From Methanocaldococcus indicus (lineage in GTDB: Archaea > AGJL01 > Methanococci > Methanococcales > Methanocaldococcaceae): DNA of 64,000 nucleotides. Shown here in pieces: positions 34,626 through 45,788 of this stretch. The stretch spans positions 768,001 to 832,000 of the forward strand of contig NZ_CP186926.1 of assembly GCF_049554935.1 (NCBI RefSeq), given 5' to 3'. Below the pieces are notes generated by a model. That model did not search any database. It was given only the letters and a program-made list of their open reading frames with translations, and was not told the origin of the DNA. The translations under genes and the position numbers were made by a program. The stretch's first letter is position 1. Every line of letters begins with the position of its first letter.

Positions 34626-36530
34626 TTATTTTATTCTTAAACTATCTAAATTTCTTGGTGCATAAGTTTCTTTTTTAAATAATCTTCTAACTGACTCAGA
34701 GAAATCTAAACACTTACTTTCTTCTCCATGAACCATAATAATCCTTTCTGGGGAAGGTTTAACTTTCCTAACATATCTCATTAATTGTTTTCTATCACTA
34801 TGCCCAGAAAACCCTTCAATTGTAACAACCTCTAAATTAACTGGAATTGACTTAGTTTTTCCATTACTTGTAATTATTGGAATTTCTTTCCAACCTCTTT
34901 GTATCTTTCTACCCAATGTTCCCTCTGATTGATAGCCTACAAATATAATAGCATTTTTTTCATCTGGAGCTAAATTTTTTAAATATTCAACACTTGGCCC
35001 ACCAGTGAGCATTCCAGATGTTGCCAATATTATTGCTGGTTCATCAGAATCTATAATATTTCTTCTTTCCTTTGCACTACCTACTCTTTTAAATACCTCT
35101 GATAAGAAAGGATTATCTCCTTCATGGAATATCTTTTGTCTCATCTCCTTAGATAAATATTCTGGATATGCTGTATGGATAGCTGTTGCTTCCCAAATCA
35201 TACCATCTAAATATACAGGAGCATTAAATATTCCTTGATTGTATCCTTCTTCTAAAACTAACATTAACTCTTGTGCTCTTCCAACTCCAAACACAGGAAT
35301 CAATATTTTACCTCTCCTATCAATTACCTTACTAACAACTTCCAATAACTTCTGCTCTGCTTCATCTCTTGTAGGTAGAACATCATCAAATCCTCCATAA
35401 GTAGATTCAATAATTAAAGTTTCTAATCTTGGAAACTGTGTAACTGCTGGCTCTAACAATCTTGAACTTTCATATTTTATATCCCCTGTATAAGCTAAGT
35501 TATATAATCCATCTCCTATATGTAGATGAGCAATAGCAGAGCCAAGAACATGGCCAGCATTATGTAAAGTTAATTTTATAGTTGGACTTATATCAGTTGT
35601 TACTCCATAATCTATTGGTATTGTATGTTTAACACATGTTTTAATATCCTTTGAATCATATGGGATAAATTTACCTTCTTTTTTTGCTATTTCCAAATAA
35701 TCTTTTTGTAAGAGAGTCATCAAGTCTCTTGTAGGTCTTGTGCAATAAACAGGACCATCATAACCATATCTAAACAATCCTGGGACAAAACCACAGTGGT
35801 CAAGATGAGCATGAGTAATTATAACAGCATCTAAATCCTCTATACTAAATTCTGGTGCATCAAAATAAGGATATGCTTTATCTTCACAGGCAATATTTAC
35901 TCCACAATCAATTAAAACCTTTGTATCTGGAGTTTGGAGATATAAACAACTTCTACCTACTTCTCTTGCTCCACCTAAGAAGCTAACTCTAATCCAATAG
36001 TCATCTTTTTTTATAACTTCTCTAAAAATTTTTCTTCCTATTCTTCTTAAAATTTCTTTTACATCATCTCTTTCTCTGAAAAGAGTAGCCCTAATTGCCT
36101 TAATAGTTTCAGATTGTATAGGTGGAACTCTCACAGGTTTAGGGGCCCATTTGATAGCTTTTTTTATAGCTTCTAATGTTTTTCCTTCTTTTCCAATAAC
36201 TAACCCAGGTTTTTTTGATTCAATAATAACCTCTCCTGTTGTAGGCTCAAAAATAATATTCTCTATTCCAGCATCTTCTGGAACTATCTCCAATATCATT
36301 TTTTTGGCTTCTTCTGGCTCTATTAATACAGATGGGTCTGCTCTTATAGAAATTCTTTTTCTAATCTCTTTTGCTATATTTCTAACTATTTCATTACTAT
36401 AAACTTCTGGATTTTTTACATATACCACTAATTCTGGACCTTCAAACTGAACATCAACTATTTTTGCTTCTTTTGGAGATAATTTTATAATTTTATTTTT
36501 TAGTTCTTCTAAAACTTCTTCAACTGTCAA
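34626..36530 (-). CDS. fttA: Beta-CASP ribonuclease aCPSF1 / termination factor FttA
   Basis: KH domains plus HAHLDH and GFSGHSD motifs; adjacent to psmB. Confidence 0.95.
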   Translation of the reverse strand: MTVEEVLEELKNKIIKLSPKEAKIVDVQFEGPELVVYVKNPEVYSNEIVRNIAKEIRKRISIRADPSVLIEPEEAKKMILEIVPEDAGIENIIFEPTTGEVIIESKKPGLVIGKEGKTLEAIKKAIKWAPKPVRVPPIQSETIKAIRATLFRERDDVKEILRRIGRKIFREVIKKDDYWIRVSFLGGAREVGRSCLYLQTPDTKVLIDCGVNIACEDKAYPYFDAPEFSIEDLDAVIITHAHLDHCGFVPGLFRYGYDGPVYCTRPTRDLMTLLQKDYLEIAKKEGKFIPYDSKDIKTCVKHTIPIDYGVTTDISPTIKLTLHNAGHVLGSAIAHLHIGDGLYNLAYTGDIKYESSRLLEPAVTQFPRLETLIIESTYGGFDDVLPTRDEAEQKLLEVVSKVIDRRGKILIPVFGVGRAQELMLVLEEGYNQGIFNAPVYLDGMIWEATAIHTAYPEYLSKEMRQKIFHEGDNPFLSEVFKRVGSAKERRNIIDSDEPAIILATSGMLTGGPSVEYLKNLAPDEKNAIIFVGYQSEGTLGRKIQRGWKEIPIITSNGKTKSIPVNLEVVTIEGFSGHSDRKQLMRYVRKVKPSPERIIMVHGEESKCLDFSESVRRLFKKETYAPRNLDSLRIK

Positions 36531-36656
36531 AAATAATCACCTTACAATTTTTAATTTATGTTTATATATAAATTAATAAAATTTTTATGTTAAAATAGAT
36601 AAAAATATTGAAATATTCTGTGCAAAAATTAATTTTATGAAAATATATAATTTAAT

Positions 36657-37298
36657 TTATTTCTTTCTTAAACTCTTTAAAAAATTATCTATCTCTTCAT
36701 CCTCTAAAATTTTCACTCCTTCTTTATTTATAACAGCTAAGGATATACCATTTCCAGTGAAGGTATCTCTTTCACTTGCAGCTTTGATAGCTTTAATAGC
36801 TAATTTAATTGCTTTATCTAATGGTAAATCTTTTTTATATTCAGCTTCTAAAACCCCATATGCTACTGGACTTCCAGAGCCAGTGGCTGTGAAAGTATAT
36901 TCTTCACTAAATCCACCTAAGGGGTCTATTGAGAATAACTCTCCCTTATTTTCATCTAAGTTATATCCTCCTAAGATAAGCATAGTTAAGTATGGATAGA
37001 ATCTGCTTGAATGTAAAATATTAGATAAGAGAGTAGCACAATTCTTAGGAGCTAAGTATCTTCCAGCTCTCATTCTGTATAATCTTGCCTCAGCTATTAG
37101 ATATCTTATTATAGCTTGTGCGTCTCCAACACTTCCTGATATAGTTAAAGCTAAATAATCATCAATTTTATGAACTTTTTTAGCATTTTTATCAGCTATT
37201 AAATTTCCCATAGAAGCTCTTTTATCAGCTGCTAAAATAACTCCATCTTTATATATAAGTCCTACTGTTGTAGTTCCTTTCATTCTCATGTCATCCAT
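36657..37298 (-). CDS. psmB: Proteasome beta subunit
   Basis: KG/TTTVG propeptide site and GSGS motif. Confidence 0.96.
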   Translation of the reverse strand: MDDMRMKGTTTVGLIYKDGVILAADKRASMGNLIADKNAKKVHKIDDYLALTISGSVGDAQAIIRYLIAEARLYRMRAGRYLAPKNCATLLSNILHSSRFYPYLTMLILGGYNLDENKGELFSIDPLGGFSEEYTFTATGSGSPVAYGVLEAEYKKDLPLDKAIKLAIKAIKAASERDTFTGNGISLAVINKEGVKILEDEEIDNFLKSLRKK

Positions 37299-37325
37299 AA
37301 ATACATCACCTAAAAAAGTTAAATC

Positions 37326-38693
37326 TTAATATGTCTTAGCAATAGCTATATAATCCCTATCTTTATATCTTGTTTTTCCTAAAATAGTTGCTTCTACTTT
37401 TTCCTCTAAATCTTCATTATAAATCTCTTCATTAAATGGAATTAAAACAATTCCCTTTCTTTTTTCTAATATCTCTTTAATTTCATTTACATTATTAACA
37501 ATAGTTATATATTCATCAAATTTTTTCCATGCTTTTTCTTTCATATATTCCATAATATTATTTAAAGTTTTTTCTATCTCTTCTAAATTGTCCTCATCTA
37601 TTTGTAACTTTTCATTTGTATCTCTTCTATATATGGTTATTTTTTTATTTTCAATATCTTTTGGACCTATTTCAATTCTTAGAGGGACTCCTTTTAATTC
37701 CCATTCATTAAACTTCTTTCCTGGTCTTAAATCTCTATCATCCAATAAAACTCTATATTTATCTTTTAATTTGTTATATATCTCTTTTGCTTTATCCATA
37801 ACTAACTCTTCTTTTCCTTTAAATATTAATGGAACTATAACTATCTGATAAGGAGCCACAATTGGAGGTAAAATTAGACCTTTTTCATCACCATGTATTG
37901 CTATTATTGAGGCAATAGCTCTATCAGATATACCATAACATGTCTGATAACCATAATCTTTATCTCCTGTTGGTGTCTCAAAAACTATATCAAATGCTTT
38001 TGAAAAGTGTTGTCCTAAATTATGGACTGTTCCAATTTGTATAGCTCTACCATCTGGAAATATAGTATCAAAAGCAACTGTATATTTTGCTCCTGGGAAT
38101 TTGTCCCATTCTGGTCTTGTAGATATTAAATAAGGAACTCCAATGGTATCAAAGAATTTTTTATATATTTCTATTGCTTCTCTTACTTGTTTTTCAGCAT
38201 CTTCTTCTGTTGAGTGTATTGTATGTGCTTCTTTAAAAGTCATAATTTCTCTTAATCTTATTAGAGGTCTTGTATGTTTTGTTTCATATCTAAATGTATT
38301 AACTATTTGATATATTTTAATTGGCATATCTGTATGAACTTTAATCCACTGCTTAAACATATAGTATATGGATGTCTCAGATGTTGGTCTTAAAGCTAAT
38401 TTTACATCTAACTCTTTACTACCTCCATGAGTAACCCAATAAACCTCCTCCTCAAATCCTTTAATATGCTCTCCTTCTTTTTTTAATAAGGTTTCTGGAA
38501 TCAATAATGGGAACAAAGTTTCTTCATGTCCTGTTCTATCTAACAAATCTCTTAAAATCTCAAATGTATATTTTCTAATTTTAAAACCATAAGGTAGATA
38601 AACACCACACCCTTTTATAGGATACCTTACATCAAAAATTCCAGCTCTTTCTAAGATATTGGAGTACCACTCAGAAAAATCCAAATGTCTCAC
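37326..38693 (-). CDS. proS: Proline--tRNA ligase
   Basis: [20 protein letters not shown] and QIGTVH motifs. Confidence 0.97.
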   Translation of the reverse strand: MRHLDFSEWYSNILERAGIFDVRYPIKGCGVYLPYGFKIRKYTFEILRDLLDRTGHEETLFPLLIPETLLKKEGEHIKGFEEEVYWVTHGGSKELDVKLALRPTSETSIYYMFKQWIKVHTDMPIKIYQIVNTFRYETKHTRPLIRLREIMTFKEAHTIHSTEEDAEKQVREAIEIYKKFFDTIGVPYLISTRPEWDKFPGAKYTVAFDTIFPDGRAIQIGTVHNLGQHFSKAFDIVFETPTGDKDYGYQTCYGISDRAIASIIAIHGDEKGLILPPIVAPYQIVIVPLIFKGKEELVMDKAKEIYNKLKDKYRVLLDDRDLRPGKKFNEWELKGVPLRIEIGPKDIENKKITIYRRDTNEKLQIDEDNLEEIEKTLNNIMEYMKEKAWKKFDEYITIVNNVNEIKEILEKRKGIVLIPFNEEIYNEDLEEKVEATILGKTRYKDRDYIAIAKTY

Positions 38694-38694
38694 C

Positions 38695-39138
38695 CTAATC
38701 TCTCATAGTTGCTTTTAATCTTTTTTCGTAAATTAATAAATCTAAGGCATCTAATATATTATTAACCACAACATCAGCAGATAAAATAGCATTTATATTA
38801 GCTCCTTCTTTTCCAATAACACATATTCCTAAATCAGCTTTCTCTAATATATATTTATCATTTTTACCATTTCCAATAGCAACAATATAATTATTATTTT
38901 TCTTTAACTCTAAAAGTATCATTAGCTTAGCTATTCCTTCACTACCATATTTTAATTTATCAACCTTTTTATAACTAACCCCTAATTTTTTACCAATATC
39001 TTCCAAAGTTCCAAAAGTATCAGCAGATAGTATATAAATATCAAATTTCTTTTTTAATTTTTCTAATCTTTCCTTTACACCTTCAATTATTTCCCCATCC
39101 AATGCAATAGTTCCATTTAAATCCAAAAGAAGTATCAT
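38695..39138 (-). CDS. HAD-family hydrolase (soluble P-type ATPase-like)
   Basis: DLNGT, SADTFG and GNGKND motifs. Confidence 0.88.
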   Translation of the reverse strand: MILLLDLNGTIALDGEIIEGVKERLEKLKKKFDIYILSADTFGTLEDIGKKLGVSYKKVDKLKYGSEGIAKLMILLELKKNNNYIVAIGNGKNDKYILEKADLGICVIGKEGANINAILSADVVVNNILDALDLLIYEKRLKATMRD

Positions 39139-39809
39139 TCTATCATTCCTTTAAACATAAATAATCCATCATCAGAGCCAAGGATTTTTTGAGAAGCTCT
39201 TTCAGGATGAGGCATTAAAAAGAGGGCATTAAACTTTTCATTACATACTCCTGCTATATTATCAATTGAACCATTTGGATTTACATCTTCTTTAACTTCT
39301 CCTGTCTCATCACAATACTTAAAGACAATCATATTGTTTTTATATAAATAATCTAAATCATCATCATTTGCATAGAATCTTCCTTCTGCATGAGCAATTG
39401 GAATCTTTAAAACTTGTCCTTTTTCATAAAATCTTGTAAATGGAGTTTTATTATTTTCAACTCTAATATACACCCATTTACATATAAATCTTGCATTTTT
39501 GTTTAAAGTAAATACACCCCTTGAAAATCCTGCCTCTAAACCTATTTGAGCTCCATTACAGATTCCTAAGACAGGTTTTCCCTCATCTATCATCTTTCTT
39601 AAAGCATTGATTATTGGAGTTCTTGATGCTATAGCTCCAGCTCTTAAATAATCCCCATAAGAAAACCCTCCTGGAATGACAGCTCCATCATAGTTTGATA
39701 AATCTTTTTCTGTATAAAACACTAACTTTGCTTTTCCACCAGCTAACTCAATAGCTTTACAAACATCTAAATCACAATTACTACCTAAAAATTTAATAAC
39801 TGCTATCAT
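39135..39809 (-). CDS. purQ: Phosphoribosylformylglycinamidine synthase subunit PurQ
   Basis: GGFSYGDYLR, GICNG and MPHPER motifs. Confidence 0.97.
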   Translation of the reverse strand: MIAVIKFLGSNCDLDVCKAIELAGGKAKLVFYTEKDLSNYDGAVIPGGFSYGDYLRAGAIASRTPIINALRKMIDEGKPVLGICNGAQIGLEAGFSRGVFTLNKNARFICKWVYIRVENNKTPFTRFYEKGQVLKIPIAHAEGRFYANDDDLDYLYKNNMIVFKYCDETGEVKEDVNPNGSIDNIAGVCNEKFNALFLMPHPERASQKILGSDDGLFMFKGMIE

Positions 39810-39815
39810 AAAGCT

Positions 39816-40118
39816 TCACTCCAATTCAGATGTTATGACATTTAACATCTCTTTTATTAGAATAGGCATTTTTTCTGTTCTTTCACTCAACTCTAAAATT
39901 TTCTTTTTTAATCTTTCATCATCACATCTTTTTATATCTCTTGCCTTTATTGTTTTTCTACCTTCTTTTTTAGCATTTTTTTCTGCAACTTCTGTTGTTA
40001 TTTTTATTATTTCTTCTAAAAGGTTGCAGATTTCTTCAACAGCCTCAGCAGAGATGTTGAGATTAGTATGTTGTTTCATCATTCTTTTTATGGTTGCTCT
40101 TGGTAACATTAATTTCAC
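39816..40118 (-). CDS. Archaeal histone with C-terminal extension (MJ1647-like)
   Basis: LPRATIKR...GRKTIKARDI histone fold plus ~30-aa tail. Confidence 0.88.
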   Translation of the reverse strand: MKLMLPRATIKRMMKQHTNLNISAEAVEEICNLLEEIIKITTEVAEKNAKKEGRKTIKARDIKRCDDERLKKKILELSERTEKMPILIKEMLNVITSELE

Positions 40119-40717
40119 TCCTCATCAATTTTTAAAGCTTTTATTCTAATTAATGGAATTAATTTAACTCCTGCTATTTCATCTAATCCACTCTTATCAA
40201 TTAAAACAACAATTAACTTAGGATTACAAATCTCTTTTAAGTTTTTTACACACTCTTCTAATGTTTTTCCACTTGTTACAACATCATCAATTATAACAAC
40301 TCTCTTTTTATATATATCTGAGAAGTTGTTTGAGACAATTCCAGAAGATTCTTCATTGGGTAAATGTTTTTTTGGAATATAGATGGTGAAGTTTTTATTT
40401 AACTCATTAGCAACAAAAGTAGCTAATGGAACTCCACTTGTTGAAACTCCCACAACAGCATCAAAATCATAATCTTTTAAAATATCAACAATTATATCTG
40501 AAAGATATTTTAATCTATTTGCAGATGAACCTATATTTCTCCAATCTATATAAATATCTATCTTTTCTTTTTTCTTTTCCTCTTTTAACAACTTTTCGGC
40601 ATTTAACACCAAATATCTTGCTGTATCTGTTGAAACATTCAACTCATCAGCTATCTGGCTAATAGATAGTCCTGATTTTCTTAATTCAATAACTTTATTT
40701 AATAATTCTTTGTCCAT
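40115..40717 (-). CDS. gfcR: HTH-PRTase protein (GfcR / PyrE-like)
   Basis: N-terminal HTH (IADELNVS), DIYIDW and IIDDVVTSG motifs. Confidence 0.85.
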   Translation of the reverse strand: MDKELLNKVIELRKSGLSISQIADELNVSTDTARYLVLNAEKLLKEEKKKEKIDIYIDWRNIGSSANRLKYLSDIIVDILKDYDFDAVVGVSTSGVPLATFVANELNKNFTIYIPKKHLPNEESSGIVSNNFSDIYKKRVVIIDDVVTSGKTLEECVKNLKEICNPKLIVVLIDKSGLDEIAGVKLIPLIRIKALKIDEE

Positions 40718-40819
40718 AATACATAACCTTTCATTTATTTTAAAAAATTATCTTAAAACAATTTTAATAATTAGAGAATAATAGTAAGATATAGTATATA
40801 TCTATTAAGGTGTTGCATA

Positions 40820-42202
40820 ATGTTTATAAATAAATGGATTGAAAGAGAAGATATTGAAGTTATAAATCCATACACATTAGAAATTATAAAAAAGATTCCT
40901 GCATTGAGTAGAGAAGAGGTTAAGGAAGCTATTGATTTGGCTTATGAAAATAAAGATAAAGCAAAACTCTCTAAAACTAAAAGATACAATATACTTATGT
41001 ATATATCTAATAAAATTAAAGAGAAAAAGGAAGAATTAGCAAAAATTTTAGCAATTGATGCAGGAAAACCTATTAAACAGGCAAGGATAGAAGTAGATAG
41101 GGCTATAACAACATTTAAATTAGCTGCTTTTTATGTTAAGGAATTAAGAGGAGAGGTTATAGAGACAAATGATAAACTTATTTTAACAAGAAGAGAACCA
41201 ATAGGTTTATTAGCAGCTATAACACCATTCAACTTTCCATTAAATTTATCTGCCCATAAAATAGCTCCATCAATTGCAGTAGGTAACTTTATTTTACACC
41301 ATCCTTCTATAAAAGCTCCATTAGCTACTATTGAGTTGGCTAAGATTATTGAAGAAGCTTATAAAAAATATTCTGACTATGTGCCATACTATCTATTAAC
41401 TGGTTTAGGGGAAGTTGTTGGAGATGAGTTAGTTGTCAATGAAAAAATAAATATGATTTCTTTTACAGGGAGTACATATGTTGGAGAGGAGATAACAAAA
41501 AAAGCAGGATTTAAGAAGATACATTTAGAGTTAGGGGGTGTTAATCCAAACTTAGTTTTAAAAGATGCTGATATAAATAAAGCTGTTAAATCTCTTGTAA
41601 AAGGTTCTTTTTTATATGCTAAACAGGTATGTATTGCTGTTGGAGTAATTTTGGTGGATGAGGAGATAGCAGATACATTCATTAAAAAGTTTGTTGAAGA
41701 AACTAAAAAATTGAAAGTAGGTAATCCATTAAATGAGGAGACAGATGTTGGCCCAGTTATTACATTAGAACATGCTAAATTTGCTGAAACATTAATAAAT
41801 AGAGCTATTGAAGATGGAGCAAAACTCTTGTTAGGAGGTAGAAGGGAGAAATCTATCATTTATCCAACTATTTTAGAGGTTGATAGAGATAACTTCTTAT
41901 GTAGAACTGAAACATTTGCCCCTATTGTTCCAATAGTTAGATGTAGTGAAGAGGAGATGTTAGATATAGCAAATTCCCTTGAATATGGATTGCATTCAGC
42001 AATATTTACTCAAAATATAAATAAAGCACTTTCTTTTGCTGAAAATTTAGAGTTTGGTGGTGTTATTATAAATGACTCTTCATTATATAGAGTGGATAAT
42101 ATGCCATTTGGAGGAGTTAAAAAGAGTGGTTTAGGTAGAGAGGGAATAAAATATGCAATAGAAGAGATGAGTGAAATTAAAACTATTTGCATATCAAAAT
42201 AA
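40820..42202 (+). CDS. Aldehyde dehydrogenase, probably lactaldehyde dehydrogenase
   Basis: ITPFNFP, FTGS, LELGG and MPFGGVKKSG motifs. Confidence 0.88.
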   Translation: MFINKWIEREDIEVINPYTLEIIKKIPALSREEVKEAIDLAYENKDKAKLSKTKRYNILMYISNKIKEKKEELAKILAIDAGKPIKQARIEVDRAITTFKLAAFYVKELRGEVIETNDKLILTRREPIGLLAAITPFNFPLNLSAHKIAPSIAVGNFILHHPSIKAPLATIELAKIIEEAYKKYSDYVPYYLLTGLGEVVGDELVVNEKINMISFTGSTYVGEEITKKAGFKKIHLELGGVNPNLVLKDADINKAVKSLVKGSFLYAKQVCIAVGVILVDEEIADTFIKKFVEETKKLKVGNPLNEETDVGPVITLEHAKFAETLINRAIEDGAKLLLGGRREKSIIYPTILEVDRDNFLCRTETFAPIVPIVRCSEEEMLDIANSLEYGLHSAIFTQNINKALSFAENLEFGGVIINDSSLYRVDNMPFGGVKKSGLGREGIKYAIEEMSEIKTICISK

Positions 42203-42892
42203 AAAATATAGAATAATTCCAAAGATTCCACCTAATAAATTAGCTAAGAAGTTTGTAATTTCATTATTTACTATCTTTTTTCTTTCTAATGTAGCCCCAA
42301 TATAGCTATCAACAATATTCCCTAAGAATCCTGCTATTGTTGAAGATACTAAAAGTTTAAAATCATTAAATAATATAAAACCAACAACACCAATTAAAAA
42401 ACTGCCTAATAATCCAGCCAATAATCCCAATAGTGTAATCCCCCCATCCTCTCCTTCTTTAACTTCTTTAAAAGTAGTTATTAATCTTGGTTTTTCATTA
42501 GAAAGTATTCCTATCTCAGAGGAAAATGTGTCTGAGGTTGCTGATGCAATAGATGCTACATAACCTACTAATCCAAAATTAAAACCAATTAAATATAAAA
42601 TAGCAAAAATTAGAGGAGGTAATCCATTAGCTAAAACATTTTTTAGCCCTCTACAAACTTCTAAATTTTTTAATTTTTTCTTCTTTTCTTTTCCTAATCT
42701 ACTTGCCAATGAGCATAAAACAAAAAAAGATAACAAAATTAAGAAAAATTTAAATCCACAAAAATATATTAAGAAAAATCCCATTATAGCAGATGCTAAA
42801 ATACCTTTGTTATCTAGTGTTTTACTTCTTTTTATTATTATAGAGAGAATCAATACAATAACTATTGCCAATAAAAATCTAAGTATATCCAT
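42194..42892 (-). CDS. DUF92/TMEM19 membrane protein
   Basis: NVLANG, SDTFSSEIG and DSYIGATLE motifs. Confidence 0.88.
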   Translation of the reverse strand: MDILRFLLAIVIVLILSIIIKRSKTLDNKGILASAIMGFFLIYFCGFKFFLILLSFFVLCSLASRLGKEKKKKLKNLEVCRGLKNVLANGLPPLIFAILYLIGFNFGLVGYVASIASATSDTFSSEIGILSNEKPRLITTFKEVKEGEDGGITLLGLLAGLLGSFLIGVVGFILFNDFKLLVSSTIAGFLGNIVDSYIGATLERKKIVNNEITNFLANLLGGIFGIILYFLF

Positions 42893-42907
42893 AACATTCC
42901 CAAATAG

Positions 42908-42983
42908 CGCCCCCGGGGGGATTTGAACCCCCGACCTTCGGGTCCGAAGCCCGACGCTCTAATCCTGGCTAAGCTACGGGGGC
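42908..42983 (-). tRNA. tRNA-Arg(TCG)
   Basis: Cloverleaf with anticodon loop CTTCGGA and T-loop GTTCAAATC; CCA not encoded. Confidence 0.93.
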
Positions 42984-43281
42984 TATTTTTTTATTAAATT
43001 TTTTATTAACATTAAAGTTTATTATACTATATAATATACTATATATGAATTATGTTAAATGAATTTTATTTTTTTTTTATGAATTTTAATATCATAATAA
43101 CAAATAGTATTATTTAAAGGTCATAATTAAGTTACAATAACTTAAAATTTTACAAAAATCTCCTAAACCAAAAATAATCTATTAAAAGCAAATTAAACTA
43201 AAAAATAAAAATTTTCAGGATAATAGCAATAAAACTTAAATACTATTTTAAGATAATATTACATACCCAAAAATAAATTAA

Positions 43282-43545
43282 ATGGTGATTATATTTATGA
43301 TTTATGGAGTTTTATTAAACATTCCAGAAAAACATGCTACAAAGTATGAGGATTTAATTAGAAAAATTATTGGTGAAGGGATAGCAAGGGGAGACATTTT
43401 ATCCTTTTGTGAAGCAAGATATAAAGGAGATATTGCTTTTGTTATGTTGGCTAGGTCAAGAAGAGCAGCTGAAAGAGTTTATGAATACTTAAAAGAACAT
43501 CCAATTTATGTAAAAATAATAGAAATTGAAGGAAAAGGAGATTAA
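43282..43545 (+). CDS. Hypothetical protein
   Basis: 87-aa ORF with GGTGA RBS before MIYGV. Confidence 0.7.
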   Translation: MVIIFMIYGVLLNIPEKHATKYEDLIRKIIGEGIARGDILSFCEARYKGDIAFVMLARSRRAAERVYEYLKEHPIYVKIIEIEGKGD

Positions 43546-44885
43546 TATTTTTCTCTTATAGTTTTTATTACATTTTCTACAATTTGTGGAGCTAATCCTA
43601 TATAGCTGTTATAATCCATCAATCTCTCAATATCTTTCTCACTTAAATATTTCCTAATCTCTTCATTTTCTAATAAAACATCTTTTAAATGTCTATTCTC
43701 ATTATATGCTTTCATAGCTAAATCTCTAACTAATTTATAAGCTCTTTGTCTTCCAATTTTTTTAGCCAATTCTATCATAACTCTTTCAGCCATTATTAGT
43801 CCTTTTGTTAATTCTAAATTCTTTTTACAGTTCTCTTTATTTACTCTTAATTTTTTAATACCCTTTATTGACAAATTTAAGATATGGTCAGTTAATACAG
43901 AAACCTCTGCAAATATGCATCTTTCTGAGGATGAATTTGTTAAATCTCTCTCCTCCCAAAGAGGTATATTATCCATCTCAGCAATACATAAAGATTTTAT
44001 AACTCTTGATAATCCACAAATTTGTTCAAATGTTATAGGATTTCTTTTATGTGGCATTGTTGAAGAACCTACTTGTTTTTTATAGTCAAATTCTTCCTCT
44101 AACTCTCCAATCTCTGTCCTTTGCATATTTCTAACTGTTACACCTATCTTGTTTAATGTTTGAGCAATTAAAGCCATTAAATTTATAAATTCTGCATGTC
44201 TATCTCTTTGAATAACTTGGTTTGTTATTAAATCTGGTTTTAGATTTAAAATTTCTGCAACTTTTTTATGCACTTCTAAACCTTTCTCTCCCATAGCTGC
44301 ACAAGTTCCAACAGCCCCAGTCATCTTCGATACTAAAACTCTCTCCTTTAATTCTTTTAATCTATCTAAATGTCTGTCTATTTCTGCTGCCCAAAGAGCA
44401 AATCTCATACCATAAGTTGTAGGAATAGCATGCTGTCCATGAGTTCTTCCCACACATACAGTATATTTATGTTCCTCTGCTTTCTCTAATAAGACATTTA
44501 AAAGCTCTTTTAGTTTATTCTCTATTATATTTAGGGTTTCTTTAATTAATAAGGAGTTTGAAGTATCAACTATATCATTTGAAGTAGCTCCAAAATGCAC
44601 ATATTCCCCAGCTTCACCACAAACCTCTGCTAATGCCCTAACCATAGCCATAACATCATGTTTAATCTCTTTTTCTATCTCTTTAACTCTTTCCAAAGAG
44701 ACATACTTTACAGATGCCTTTTTATATATCTCCTCTGCATGTTCTTTTGGAATTATGCCAAGTTCCCCTTGGGCTTTTGCTAATGCACCTTCAACCTTTA
44801 ACATCTTATCTAACTTATTCTTTTCTTCCCAAATCTTTCTCATCTCTTCACTACCATACCTATAATCAATTGGATGAACTGCCAA
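43542..44885 (-). CDS. purB: Adenylosuccinate lyase
   Basis: GSSTMPHKRNP and GRTHGQHA motifs. Confidence 0.97.
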   Translation of the reverse strand: MAVHPIDYRYGSEEMRKIWEEKNKLDKMLKVEGALAKAQGELGIIPKEHAEEIYKKASVKYVSLERVKEIEKEIKHDVMAMVRALAEVCGEAGEYVHFGATSNDIVDTSNSLLIKETLNIIENKLKELLNVLLEKAEEHKYTVCVGRTHGQHAIPTTYGMRFALWAAEIDRHLDRLKELKERVLVSKMTGAVGTCAAMGEKGLEVHKKVAEILNLKPDLITNQVIQRDRHAEFINLMALIAQTLNKIGVTVRNMQRTEIGELEEEFDYKKQVGSSTMPHKRNPITFEQICGLSRVIKSLCIAEMDNIPLWEERDLTNSSSERCIFAEVSVLTDHILNLSIKGIKKLRVNKENCKKNLELTKGLIMAERVMIELAKKIGRQRAYKLVRDLAMKAYNENRHLKDVLLENEEIRKYLSEKDIERLMDYNSYIGLAPQIVENVIKTIREKY

Positions 44886-44908
44886 AATTTCACCTCTAAA
44901 TTAATTAA

Positions 44909-44980
44909 CGCCCCGGCCGGGATTTGAACCCGGGTCTTAGCATCCGCAGTGCCAAAGGATATCCACTACCCCACCGGGGC
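44909..44980 (-). tRNA. tRNA-Arg(GCG)
   Basis: Cloverleaf with anticodon loop CTGCGGA. Confidence 0.9.
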
Positions 44981-45015
44981 AAAACAAAAAAGTTAAAATT
45001 AATTAATTTTAATTT

Positions 45016-45720
45016 TTAACAAAGTTTTTTTAGCTCTCTTACAAGTTCTCTATCAATTTTTCCAGTGTTTCTGTCTCCTCCTTTACAAGCAGCTCCTCTA
45101 ACTCCAACTATATCAGTCCCAATATCTTTTAATATTGGGAAATGTTCTTTTTTAATACTTCCAGCTAATGCACATTTTAATCCATAACTATGTGCTTCTT
45201 CTACAAATTCAGCTAAAATTTCTTTATCTAAGAAGTCAAATAGTGTTTTACCATCTTTTATAGCAGTGTCAAGCATGGCTACATCTGCTCCTGCATCTCT
45301 TGCAATTTTTGGAATTATTAATGGTTCAACTGCATTAACTCTATATGCATCTGCATATCCAGCAGCAACAACAATCTTATTATCATCATAATCTTTAACT
45401 GCCTTAACTACATTTTTCATAATGTCCAAAGCTTGATAGTAGTTTTTAGCTCCATACAATCCAACTTTTATATAATCTGCTCCTGCAATACAAGCTCCTA
45501 AAGCTGCTAATGACACAGTTCCTGGTTTGTATGGAACATCTCCAACAGTTGCACTAACTAACAACTCTTTTGGAGTAACCTCTCTAATCTCTCTTATCAC
45601 CCAAGGAAAATTCGCACCTAATGAGCCTTCTTTTGGATTTTTAACATCTATTATATCAGCCCCTCCTTCTATTGCTTCTATTGCCTCTTCTTTATTAATT
45701 GGACTTACTAATAATAGCAT
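45016..45720 (-). CDS. mfnB: (5-formylfuran-3-yl)methyl phosphate synthase
   Basis: [12 protein letters not shown] and MLDTAIKDG motifs. Confidence 0.94.
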   Translation of the reverse strand: MLLLVSPINKEEAIEAIEGGADIIDVKNPKEGSLGANFPWVIREIREVTPKELLVSATVGDVPYKPGTVSLAALGACIAGADYIKVGLYGAKNYYQALDIMKNVVKAVKDYDDNKIVVAAGYADAYRVNAVEPLIIPKIARDAGADVAMLDTAIKDGKTLFDFLDKEILAEFVEEAHSYGLKCALAGSIKKEHFPILKDIGTDIVGVRGAACKGGDRNTGKIDRELVRELKKLC

Positions 45721-45788
45721 ACAACCACCTAATACATATTTAACTTAAAATTATTCTATTATACTATTTATAACTTTGATGGTGATAA

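Noticed and set aside
39816-40118. Histone with C-terminal extension
   Set aside because: It matches the already characterised MJ1647 type.
42984-43281. 300-bp AT-rich spacer next to tRNA-Arg as an integration scar or CRISPR remnant
   Set aside because: No tRNA 3'-end duplication or regular repeat-spacer pattern was seen; it is explained by divergent promoters.
44909-44980. tRNA-Arg(GCG) with a His-like D-arm, as a possible anticodon switch
   Set aside because: The discriminator G and anticodon fit Arg. I recall similar bodies in Methanococcales Arg(GCG) tRNAs and cannot support a switch without alignment.
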